Below are positions 1 to 7,997 of a stretch of DNA of 22,084 nucleotides, piece by piece. A program made the position numbers and the translations under genes. The stretch comes from Nanobdellati archaeon (GTDB lineage: Archaea > EX4484-52 > GLR71). The stretch spans positions 1 through 22,084 of the forward strand of contig JAHYJO010000017.1 in NCBI GenBank assembly GCA_019429125.1, given 5' to 3'. The notes beneath the pieces are model-generated. The model was not told the DNA's origin, did no database searches, and worked only from the letters and a program-made list of their open reading frames with translations. Every line of letters starts with the position of its first letter. Positions within the stretch are counted from its first letter, which is position 1.

Positions 1-1
1 A

Positions 2-1195
2 AATTCAGAAGACACAAGCGGACTAGATGCAAGTTCAAGAGATTTTTTAGAAAATGCCATTGAAGATTATAACAAGATGTTTGGAACATCGTACGATACT
101 TCCTCAGACAAATTCCAAAATTACTATGAAGATGTTAGCAAGCGCGTGAAAAACAGGGAGATAGATATTTTAATCGTAGTAAATATGTTTTTAACCGGAT
201 TTGATGCAACTACATTAAACACTCTTTGGGTAGATAAAAATTTAAGATTGCATGGCTTGCTTCAAGCATATTCTCGTACTAACCGTATTTTAAACAGCAT
301 AAAAACTTTTGGAAATATTATTTGTTTTAGAAATTTAGAAAAAGCTACTAATGAATCCATATCGCTTTTCGGAGATAAAGAAGCAAGTGGAATTGTACTA
401 TTAAAAACATATAATGAATATTATAACGGTTATGAGAATGAAGGGAAAGAAGTAAAAGGATATAAAATATTAGTTGAAGAATTACAAGACAAATTTCCGA
501 TTGGGCAAAGAATACTCGGAGAACAAAATCAAAAAGATTTCATTAAACTTTATGGTGGAATTTTAAGAGTTAGAAATATTCTTACTACTTTTGATGAATT
601 TGAAGGAAACGAAATTTTATCAGAAAGAGATGTTCAAGATTATCATAGTTTATACATTGACCTTTATAACGAATTTAGAAAAGGTAAAGATGTAGAAAAA
701 GAAAATATTAATGATGATATTGTTTTTGAAATGGAACTTATCAAACAAATAGAAATCAATATTGATTATATTCTAAAATTAATAAAAAAATATCATGAAG
801 AACATACAAAAGATAAAGAAATTTTATTAGACATAAATAAAGCAATAGATTCAAGTGTAGAATTAAGAAACAAAAAAGATCTTATCCATCAATTTATTGA
901 ATCTCTTAATATGAAATCTATTGTAGATGAAGATTGGCAAAAATTTGTAGAGAAAAAGAAAATTGAAGAATTAGAGAAAATAATAAAAGATGAAAATCTT
1001 AATAAGGATGAAACATACAAATTTATAAAAAATGCATTCAGAGATGGAAATATTCCAACAACTGGAACAGCATTACCTAAGGTTTTTCCTCCAATATCAA
1101 GATTTTCAAAAACTGGAGAAAGAACCAAAAAAATAGAAACCATAATTGAAAAATTCACTAGATTCTTTGAAAAATTTTTTGATATAACAAAATAA
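2..1195 (+). CDS. hsdR: Type I restriction-modification endonuclease subunit R, C-terminal part (5' truncated by window edge)
   Basis: Frame is open from base 2. Helicase motifs typical of HsdR: DILIVVNMFLTGFDATTLNTLWVDKNL and HGLLQAYSRTNR. Confidence 0.93.
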   Translation, partial: NSEDTSGLDASSRDFLENAIEDYNKMFGTSYDTSSDKFQNYYEDVSKRVKNREIDILIVVNMFLTGFDATTLNTLWVDKNLRLHGLLQAYSRTNRILNSIKTFGNIICFRNLEKATNESISLFGDKEASGIVLLKTYNEYYNGYENEGKEVKGYKILVEELQDKFPIGQRILGEQNQKDFIKLYGGILRVRNILTTFDEFEGNEILSERDVQDYHSLYIDLYNEFRKGKDVEKENINDDIVFEMELIKQIEINIDYILKLIKKYHEEHTKDKEILLDINKAIDSSVELRNKKDLIHQFIESLNMKSIVDEDWQKFVEKKKIEELEKIIKDENLNKDETYKFIKNAFRDGNIPTTGTALPKVFPPISRFSKTGERTKKIETIIEKFTRFFEKFFDITK

Positions 1196-1335
1196 AAAAT
1201 ATGACGCCCCTCTCTAGTCCTTCGGACATATTCTCTCCCTGCGGTCGAAATTTATTATCGTGAAAATTTAACTCTGCGGTTTTCCTTCGCTACGGAACGT
1301 TGCACTAAACCTTGGTCTTCCCTTTAGTCAGACGC

Positions 1336-1427
1336 GTATAACAGGGCTTAAAGGGCTCCGAAACCTTGCAGTTTCTTCCACCCAAATTTTGCCTACTGCA
1401 AAACTTCTCTAAATCCCGATGTTATAT
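1336..1427 (+). other. attC-like imperfect hairpin (putative integron cassette recombination site)
   Basis: GTATAAC (1336-1342) and GTTATAT (1421-1427) are complementary R''/R'-like boxes. Inner arms AGGGCTTA...TAAATCCC pair partially. Internal hairpins GAAAC/GTTTC (1360-1375) and TTTTGC/GCAAAA (1387-1403). No integrase in window. Confidence 0.4.
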
Positions 1428-1601
1428 TCAATTTTGTATTTGAGAACAGAGAATACAATACACTTTCTTTTCTGTTTGGATTAAAATGATAAACACAACT
1501 TCCCACACCCGCACCCCACAGTTAACTTTATAAATAAACCACAGATAACAATGTATATAATAAAAATCTTAAACATATATTATACACGAGATACGATTCT
1601 A

Positions 1602-2867
1602 ATGGAAACTACAACATCATTTAAAGATCTAAACTTAATACCCCAACTCGAAAGAGCATTGACTAAACAAGGTTACACCCACCCTACACCAATACAAGAA
1701 AAATCAATCCCCGGTTTGTTACAAGGTCACGATTTAATAGGCATTGCGCAAACAGGCACTGGCAAAACCGCAGCATTCACATTACCTATTCTGCAAAATA
1801 TGACCCAAAAAGGTCCAAGAACAATCAAGACTTTGGTATTAACCCCCACCCGAGAACTTGCAGCGCAAATTGGCGAGAGCTTTGCCGCATATGGCGAGTT
1901 TCTTTCATTTAAACACACTGTCATCTTCGGTGGTGTCGGTCAAGGAAACCAAGTTCATGCACTCTCCAAGGGTGTAGATATTGTAATTGCAACACCTGGT
2001 CGTTTACTAGACCTAATGAATCAGGGAAAGGTCAACCTTAACAATATAGAATTTTTCGTATTAGATGAAGCAGACCGAATGCTAGACATGGGTTTCATCA
2101 ATGACATCAAAAAAGTAATTATAAAATTACCAAAAAAAAGACAATCACTATTCTTCTCAGCAACAATGTCACCAGAAATCAGTAAACTTGCAAAAAGCCT
2201 GCTTACAAATCCCATCCATGTTGAAGTTACACCTCAGGCAACAACGGTTGAACTGATAAAACAACAGATCTTTTTCATTGATCAATCTTCAAAAGAACAA
2301 TTATTACTAGAACTTCTAAGACCTAAACATCTTACCCGTGTCTTAGTTTTCACCCGAACAAAACATAGGGCAAACAAAGTAGCATTATTCCTTGACAAAA
2401 ATGGTATATCATCCGACGCCATCCACGGAAACAAATCACAAAACGCAAGAACTAAAGCCATAACAGATTTCAAAAGCGGTGAAACCAAAGTATTGGTCGC
2501 AACAGATATCGCTGCAAGAGGAATAGACATAGATAACATATCTCATGTCATAAATTTTGAGCTTCCAAATGAACCAGAAAGCTATGTCCACAGAATTGGA
2601 AGGACAGCAAGAGCCGGCACTGATGGAACCGCCTACTCATTTTGTTCAGCTGAAGAAAGGGACTATCTTCGTAATATCGAAAAATTGATAAAGCAGACAA
2701 TTGAAGTTACTAATCACAAATTTCATTCAGAAACTGCAAAAAACGCAACAGGCTCAGCAGCTAAACCTGCACCAAAAGGAAAAAGAACCTTTTCAAGAAC
2801 AGCAAGGTCAAATAATAAGCCAAAACAAAGTTCTAATAATAAACCTAAACACGGTTTCAGAAGATGA
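1602..2867 (+). CDS. rhlE: DEAD-box ATP-dependent RNA helicase, RhlE-like
   Basis: Q motif (GYTHPTPIQ), AQTGTGKT, PTRELA, TPGR, LDEAD, SAT, ARGIDI, HRIGRTAR, basic C-tail. ATG 1602 (METTTSF) preferred to 1551. Confidence 0.92.
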   Translation: METTTSFKDLNLIPQLERALTKQGYTHPTPIQEKSIPGLLQGHDLIGIAQTGTGKTAAFTLPILQNMTQKGPRTIKTLVLTPTRELAAQIGESFAAYGEFLSFKHTVIFGGVGQGNQVHALSKGVDIVIATPGRLLDLMNQGKVNLNNIEFFVLDEADRMLDMGFINDIKKVIIKLPKKRQSLFFSATMSPEISKLAKSLLTNPIHVEVTPQATTVELIKQQIFFIDQSSKEQLLLELLRPKHLTRVLVFTRTKHRANKVALFLDKNGISSDAIHGNKSQNARTKAITDFKSGETKVLVATDIAARGIDIDNISHVINFELPNEPESYVHRIGRTARAGTDGTAYSFCSAEERDYLRNIEKLIKQTIEVTNHKFHSETAKNATGSAAKPAPKGKRTFSRTARSNNKPKQSSNNKPKHGFRR

Positions 2868-2930
2868 TTTCTCAATCATGTTCACTACCAATTCTTAATG
2901 TGCCATTTAATGTTAAACTCAATCAAATTT
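2838..2930 (+). repeat. Helicase 3' end/downstream region; copy A of a degenerate direct repeat (copy B 3721-3804)
   Basis: 2838-2883 vs 3721-3766 match 40/46 by hand alignment. Weaker similarity continues after an 11-nt gap. Confidence 0.75.
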
Positions 2931-3005
2931 TAATTTTTTTATATGTAAAAATAAATCATTCAAAAAAACAGGCATGCATTCTTATCGATAATGTATGGGT
3001 AACAC

Positions 3006-3527
3006 TCAGCAATATATCTTAAAGTTTGAACATCTATAATCAACAGCTACTGCATCACTTTTTGAAGAATAGCACTTACCGTTACAATAATATCTGGCAG
3101 AAGTAGGGCAACAATGCCCATTTGACACACAAGTACCCACAGGACAACCGCTTTGCTCCCTTAAAGTTTTAGAATCGGAGACACTAGAGGAATAAGAAGA
3201 GTCAGAAGACCCACTAAAAGATTGACTGAGCGACTGGCAAATCTCATCTACAGTATCAGGATATGCACCTGTTGCACATAGGACACTATATCCTGCTAAC
3301 CATAATATCATTAAAACCACAAAAAGAAGGGGAATACCTATAAAAATAGCCTCTAGAGGATTAGAAAAATTCACCTGCCTTTTACCTTTAGGAACAAGAG
3401 ATTTCTCAGTTATAGGTTCTTTTTTCATAATTTCCTTTAAGGGTTCAGTTAAAACCGTCCCACACTCTTTACAGAATTTGTCAATAGGATTTACTTTTTT
3501 CCCACATTTATGACAATAATTAACCAT
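3006..3527 (-). CDS. Zinc-ribbon domain membrane protein with Ser-rich linker and Cys-rich C-terminal domain
   Basis: N-terminal CHKCG...FCKECG, one hydrophobic helix (LEAIFIGIPLLFVVLMILWLAG), Ser-rich stretch, 8 Cys in the last ~46 aa. Confidence 0.8.
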   Translation of the reverse strand: MVNYCHKCGKKVNPIDKFCKECGTVLTEPLKEIMKKEPITEKSLVPKGKRQVNFSNPLEAIFIGIPLLFVVLMILWLAGYSVLCATGAYPDTVDEICQSLSQSFSGSSDSSYSSSVSDSKTLREQSGCPVGTCVSNGHCCPTSARYYCNGKCYSSKSDAVAVDYRCSNFKIYC

Positions 3528-3720
3528 AATATTCTATATACCTCCAAACTATATAAAAATTTAGTTAAACACACCTCTAAAATAACCTTGACATCCTCAA
3601 AGACCTAAAGGCAAGATCTATTACTATACAACAGACCTATAGAATTTCTTAATAATTTTCTTAAAGAAACTCCATACTCATTAATCACAAAATAAAAACG
3701 CTTCTGAAAACAATAGCAAA

Positions 3721-3804
3721 AATAAACCAAAACACGTTTTCAGAATATGATTTTTTAATCCTGTTCTTAATGTAACAATTAATATTCAAATAAAATCAAA
3801 AATT
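3721..3804 (+). repeat. Degenerate copy B of helicase 3' end
   Basis: Translates NKPKHVFRI* versus helicase end NKPKHGFRR*. Confidence 0.75.
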
Positions 3805-4062
3805 GTACTTGTTTAGCAAAAAAATAATCAATATACTCCAACCGTTATGGTGTAATTCTCAATAAGTTATAATTTTTACAAAATCAATATCTAACGCTTA
3901 AAAATGTGTTGTTAAAAAATATTAAAAATCATTTACTCTTATTTTTATAAAATCTATGGCTTGCAACCAACTTAAAAAAGTATAAACATAATTATATCAA
4001 AAAATAGTAGTTATCTCATAAAAAATCAAAATCAAGCAAGACAAAAATTAGCTAAAAAATAC
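3805..4062. mobile_element. MITE family A, copy 1 (258 bp)
   Basis: Terminal inverted repeats GTACTTGTTTAGC / GCTAAAAAATAC. Perfect 8-bp target duplication CAAAAATT (3797-3804, 4063-4070). Second copy at 20679-20937. Confidence 0.9.
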
Positions 4063-4069
4063 CAAAAAT

Positions 4070-4351
4070 TTATTTTTTTTCCCTATAATAAAATACCTGA
4101 AAAACAATCATCCCAGTTGTTAAAATTCCTGCCCCTCACCCAATAATTAAAACCCAATCGTTTTGCAAGTAACCATGAATTATCCATAAAATGTATGATA
4201 TAAATGCAAGCACTATAAAAATAGTAGATAATCCCTCAGTGGATTTTCTCTTATAATTTTTCATAAATTAATCCGGAAATCCAAGTACCTTAACAAGAAT
4301 TCCGATAAATACAGTAAATACACCAATTATTACTGCAAAAGTAATATCTAT
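4070..4351 (-). pseudogene. SemiSWEET / PQ-loop family transporter pseudogene
   Basis: Hand translation IDITFAVIIGVFTVFIGILVKVLGFPD*FMKNYKRKSTEGLSTIFIVLAFISYILWIIHGYLQNDWVLIIG*GAGILTTGMIVFQVFYYREKK*. Three hydrophobic helices and a KRKSTEGLS motif. Stops at 4268-4270 (TAA) and 4136-4138 (TGA). ATA where ATG is expected. Confidence 0.8.
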
Positions 4352-4481
4352 AATCCTATTTATTCTAATAATTATATATACTAAATTTATTCGAATAATT
4401 GTCTTCAATCAAATCTAAATTATAAAAAAAGAAACATTTAGGCACTATACACAAATCTAAAAAGAAAAATAATCCTCAAAC

Positions 4482-4637
4482 CTATGCAGTCTCTACATAT
4501 TTTTTCATAAGTCCTTCAAGTACAGTACTTGGAGTATATCCCTTACGCACACATGTTTTGATAAATCCATCATAAGTAGTTCTATCAACACTATAGTCCA
4601 GTTTCATCTTTTTTACACCTTTTGGAGTTGATGCCAT
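4482..4637 (-). CDS. Small (51 aa) ribbon-helix-helix-like putative DNA-binding protein
   Basis: Below ORF-track cutoff: MASTPKGVKKMKLDYSVDRTTYDGFIKTCVRKGYTPSTVLEGLMKKYVETA*. Strand-helix-G-helix pattern. TATA-like sequence upstream on minus strand (~4671-4680). Confidence 0.65.
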   Translation of the reverse strand: MASTPKGVKKMKLDYSVDRTTYDGFIKTCVRKGYTPSTVLEGLMKKYVETA

Positions 4638-4706
4638 ATATTATCACTATATATTTTTTGACCTTGAACCTTTATATAATACGAAAATTTATTAACCTTA
4701 CAAAAA

Positions 4707-4753
4707 AGGTCATCCAGTTAAACTCAATTTTTCAATCCTTAACTAGATGACCT
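4707..4753. mobile_element. 47-bp mini-element homologous to the right end of the IS at 6507-7911
   Basis: Inverted repeats AGGTCATCCAGTTAA / TTAACTAGATGACCT (14/15). Reverse complement matches 7869-7908 at 35/40. Confidence 0.75.
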
Positions 4754-4790
4754 CCAGAACTATATAAAACTCTAAACACCAATAGGATTC

Positions 4791-5267
4791 ATGCTTGAAA
4801 ATCTTATCAACATATTAAACCTCCAAAATCCTTGGATTATCCTAGCAATCCTTGCAATGGCACCAATTACAGAAGCCAGAGGCGCAATCATCTACGGTCT
4901 ATCCCAAAATCTTAATCCCTTAAACGTATTCATTATCTCTATAACCTTAAACACATTAGCAATCATACCGCTTTTATACATCCTAAGACTGAAACAAATA
5001 ATGACATTTATACACAAGATAATAGGAAAACGAATAACAAATATTATTGAAAAAAACAAAAAAAGATTTGAATTGTATGAAGAGTTGGCGCTATTTAGTT
5101 TTGTTGCAATTCCCGCAATTGGAACCGGTGCCTGGACTGGCGCATTAATTGCAACTATCTTAAAAATTGACATGAGAAAATCTTTTTATATCATAACCGC
5201 CGGCATCTTTGCAGCTGCACTGATTGTCTTTTTAGGCACTAACAGCATATTTTTCCTTCTTAAATGA
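4791..5267 (+). CDS. COG2426 / small multi-drug export family membrane protein
   Basis: Motifs AMAPITEARGAI and FVAIPAIGTGAWTGALIA; multiple hydrophobic helices. Confidence 0.85.
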   Translation: MLENLINILNLQNPWIILAILAMAPITEARGAIIYGLSQNLNPLNVFIISITLNTLAIIPLLYILRLKQIMTFIHKIIGKRITNIIEKNKKRFELYEELALFSFVAIPAIGTGAWTGALIATILKIDMRKSFYIITAGIFAAALIVFLGTNSIFFLLK

Positions 5268-5289
5268 AATAATTAGAATCACAGTTTAA

Positions 5290-5457
5290 GGCACTGTCCA
5301 AAAAGTGAGTACTCTTGAATATTTTTTAAATATTGTTTGTTTATAAACTCCTACAGAGACTCATTTAATATACACATTTCACGTCTAATTACAAAAGAAA
5401 TAAAGGTATTTAATTAACTACATTTTGTTTGAAATCACTCAAAAAATGAACTGTGCC
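5290..5457. mobile_element. MITE family B (168 bp), IS1595-like ends
   Basis: Left end GGCACTGTCCAAAAAGTGAGT vs right end (revcomp) GGCACAGTTCATTTTTTGAGT. Flanked by CAGTTTAA (5282-5289) and CAGTTTAC (5458-5465), an 8-bp duplication with one mismatch. Confidence 0.7.
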
Positions 5458-5497
5458 CAGTTTACAAAAACTTTATATCTATATTAATTTCAATAGT

Positions 5498-5592
5498 ATT
5501 ATGAAACTTGTAAATACTTGTCTAGCGTGATGAGGTTCAAGAGTTCCTGCGCATTGACCCGTAATTATGAAACTTGTAAATACTTGTCTAGC
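5498..5592. repeat. Repeat-spacer-repeat unit: perfect 29-bp direct repeat around a 37-bp insert (CRISPR-like geometry)
   Basis: ATTATGAAACTTGTAAATACTTGTCTAGC at 5498-5526 and 5564-5592. Insert GTGATGAGGTTCAAGAGTTCCTGCGCATTGACCCGTA (5527-5563, 19/37 GC). Confidence 0.9.
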
Positions 5593-5995
5593 CGGAATCA
5601 ATTGTAAATGAAATGGCAAAGCAAAACCTTGTCAAAAAGTTATTGAATTAGTTAAACAAGGTAAAGCAATTCCAGTCTGCCCTGAACAATTAGGTAGATT
5701 AACAACTCCCCGAGATGTAGCAGAACAAAAAGGTGATAAGATATTTACAAAAGATGGATATAACTTAACTTTTCAATTTGAAAAAGGCGCAGAAGAAGGA
5801 CTAAAAATCGCAAAACTTGCAAATTGTACTGAAACCATTCTAAAAGCAAATTCACTGTCTTGCGGTTCCGGTAAAGTTTTTGATGGAACTTTCTCAGGTA
5901 ATTTAACAGCATGCGACGGAATATTCACAAAACTTCTCAAAAAAAATAATATCAAAGTATTCACAGAAGATGAAATTAACAATAAAGCGCAATAA
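5567..5995 (+). pseudogene. DUF523 / TudS (2-thiouracil desulfidase)-like pseudogene
   Basis: Hand translation MKLVNTCLAGINCK*NGK...PVCPEQLGRLTTPR...ILKANSLSCGSGKVFDGTFSG... matches the family motifs VSACL.G..C, VCPE..GGL..PR and SPSCG. In-frame TGA at codon 15. Confidence 0.85.
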
Positions 5996-6039
5996 TCTAA
6001 ACGAATAATCTTATAACTATCCAAATAGATATTCTAAAC

Positions 6040-6420
6040 ATGAAACTACTTTTTATTTGTCAAGGAAACTCGGAAAGAAGCGTAATTGCCCAAGAACTTT
6101 ACAACAAACATTCTAACTCAACAGATTCTCAAAGCGCAGGCCTAAACGTTTCAGATTTACCAAGAACAGAATTGATGTTTAAACTGATGAAATCCGAAAA
6201 CATAGATATCACAGATAAACCAAAAACTCAACTGACAGAAGACATGCTAACTAAAGTAGATAAAGTAATAGTCCTTTGTTCAAAAGACAAATGCCCAAAT
6301 TACCTATTAAACTCTGAAAAAGTATCGTTCTGGGATATACCAAATCCCTGGAACCAAAATTATGAATTCTTATTACAAACCAAAAAATTGATTAAAGAAC
6401 ATCTAAATAGTCTCCTTTGA
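6040..6420 (+). CDS. Low-molecular-weight phosphatase / thioredoxin-type arsenate reductase family protein
   Basis: P-loop LFICQGNSERS, SAG motif, VIVLC, WDIPNP. Confidence 0.85.
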   Translation: MKLLFICQGNSERSVIAQELYNKHSNSTDSQSAGLNVSDLPRTELMFKLMKSENIDITDKPKTQLTEDMLTKVDKVIVLCSKDKCPNYLLNSEKVSFWDIPNPWNQNYEFLLQTKKLIKEHLNSLL

Positions 6421-6506
6421 AAACCATATTTGTCTATTAAACAAATATTATTTCACCCAACCCTAAACAACTCCATATACTCTTCTTATTCTTGCAATTG
6501 ACCTGA

Positions 6507-7911
6507 AGACCCTCCAGTTAAGATAATCCCTTTTAAAGCAATCTCTTTTTTAACGAAGACCTAATTCGACTTATCAACAGTTAACTATATATACTCCAAC
6601 TTCGAATGGCTCATGGTAAAAGCGATAACAGTGGAGTATTCAGCTGGTGTTTATATAAAACAAACATTAACTGAATTGACACAAAATAGTTGTACGCTCT
6701 TTGAGTATCTTGCACATTTAGATATATCGGAGCTTGAAGATTATGTTCTAAAAAAATATTATCTTCGAACACCAACACACCGTGTTGGTACAATGATAAG
6801 ATTGGCTAATACATATTATTTCTATGATTGTGGATATGAAAAAATATTAAGGTCCTTATCAGAATTTAATCAAAAAATATTGAAATTGAAAACGATTCCG
6901 TCAGTTTCAACACTTAATGATTTTGTTCATCTGCGATTGAGCGAACAAGGTTTTGATGATATTATGATTTATGTCGCAAAAAGTCTAAATAAGTATGTCA
7001 CAAAACGAAATGGTAATCTTGATTCAACACCGAACGAAGCTGAAAAGTATGACAAACATGCAAAATTTAACCCACATTATGAATGCAAAATGTATAAATC
7101 ACATATTGTTATGATTGATAAAATACCACTAATTATGACATTTAGTAATGGTCTTGCAAATGATTCTCCATACCTGAAACCACTTGCATATAAACTGCAT
7201 GATGCTAGCATAACTTTTGATCTGATGAATCTTGATGGTGGTTATGATTCATTTGAAAATCATGCGTTAGTAAAGCATGTTATTGGTGCTGACCCGTATA
7301 TTGGATTACCTATAAATGCAGTTCAAAATGAGGATGGAACAGTAGACAGAATCAAACATTTTTGCAATAAGCTATGGAAACAAGGTGGGTCAAAATACAA
7401 GACTATTGAAGAACAGCTTCAATTTCTATTTGAAAACGATAGAATAGAACAAGTTGGTGCATATTATAGAAATATCAACCATTTAAATATGCCAAAAGAG
7501 ATTACAGCTTTGCTTTCCCGACAGGAACGCATACACGCACACATGAAAATCACTGTTAAATTCGATGTGCGTAAACGTAAAAATTCAAAAAAGGGATTGC
7601 ATATAAAAGCTGCATTCGTATCATATCAATTGTTGTGTTTATGTGCTCTTCAAAATGATATGAATCCAAATCAATTTGAATTTATACAATAAAAATAGTT
7701 TTTAATCCCTAAAACGGGTTTTTGCCTAGCTTGTGCTATGTTTTGAGTTCTAGATTCCTTTGATTTTTCTCAAAATAGTAATATGTTTAATAAATAATTA
7801 TGTGATAAAATTGATTTTTTGATGAATTTGTTAATATTTTTGAAAATTTAATCAATTTAAAAAAATAGCATCCAATTAAGGATTGCAAAATTGGGCTTAA
7901 CTGGATGAGTT
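6507..7911 (+). mobile_element. Insertion sequence (~1.4 kb) with DDE transposase
   Basis: Imperfect TIRs AGACCCTCCAGTTAAG (6507-6522) and CTTAACTGGATGAGTT (7896-7911), 12/16, enclosing the transposase. No clear target duplication, so ends are uncertain by a few bp. Confidence 0.75.
6613..7692 (+). CDS. DDE transposase (IS4/IS5-superfamily type)
   Basis: IPSVSTL, LDST, LDGGYDS and ERIHAHMK give an intact D-D-E triad. Confidence 0.88.
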   Translation: MVKAITVEYSAGVYIKQTLTELTQNSCTLFEYLAHLDISELEDYVLKKYYLRTPTHRVGTMIRLANTYYFYDCGYEKILRSLSEFNQKILKLKTIPSVSTLNDFVHLRLSEQGFDDIMIYVAKSLNKYVTKRNGNLDSTPNEAEKYDKHAKFNPHYECKMYKSHIVMIDKIPLIMTFSNGLANDSPYLKPLAYKLHDASITFDLMNLDGGYDSFENHALVKHVIGADPYIGLPINAVQNEDGTVDRIKHFCNKLWKQGGSKYKTIEEQLQFLFENDRIEQVGAYYRNINHLNMPKEITALLSRQERIHAHMKITVKFDVRKRKNSKKGLHIKAAFVSYQLLCLCALQNDMNPNQFEFIQ

Positions 7912-7997
7912 CAAAATAAAATTCAAAAACAAACCTATTCTTTTATAAAGAAACATAATCACAATACTAATTTCATAAAGACAAATGTGATTTGAAT

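Noticed and set aside
5514-5526. ATACTTGTCTAGC resembles the MITE-A TIR GTACTTGTTTAGC (11/13)
   Set aside because: It encodes the conserved C-L-A residues of DUF523, has no partner end and no 8-bp TSD, so it is probably coincidence.
5498-5592. Bona fide CRISPR array
   Set aside because: Only two repeats, the repeat is DUF523 coding sequence, and there are no cas genes in the window. Kept as an ectopic-integration hypothesis instead.
4070-5995. Stop-codon recoding (TGA as Trp/Gly/Sec) suggested by in-frame TGAs in two genes
   Set aside because: One gene also has an in-frame TAA and a lost start. Intact genes use TGG for Trp, and several (helicase, LMW phosphatase, MinD, HAD) end at TGA at the expected length.
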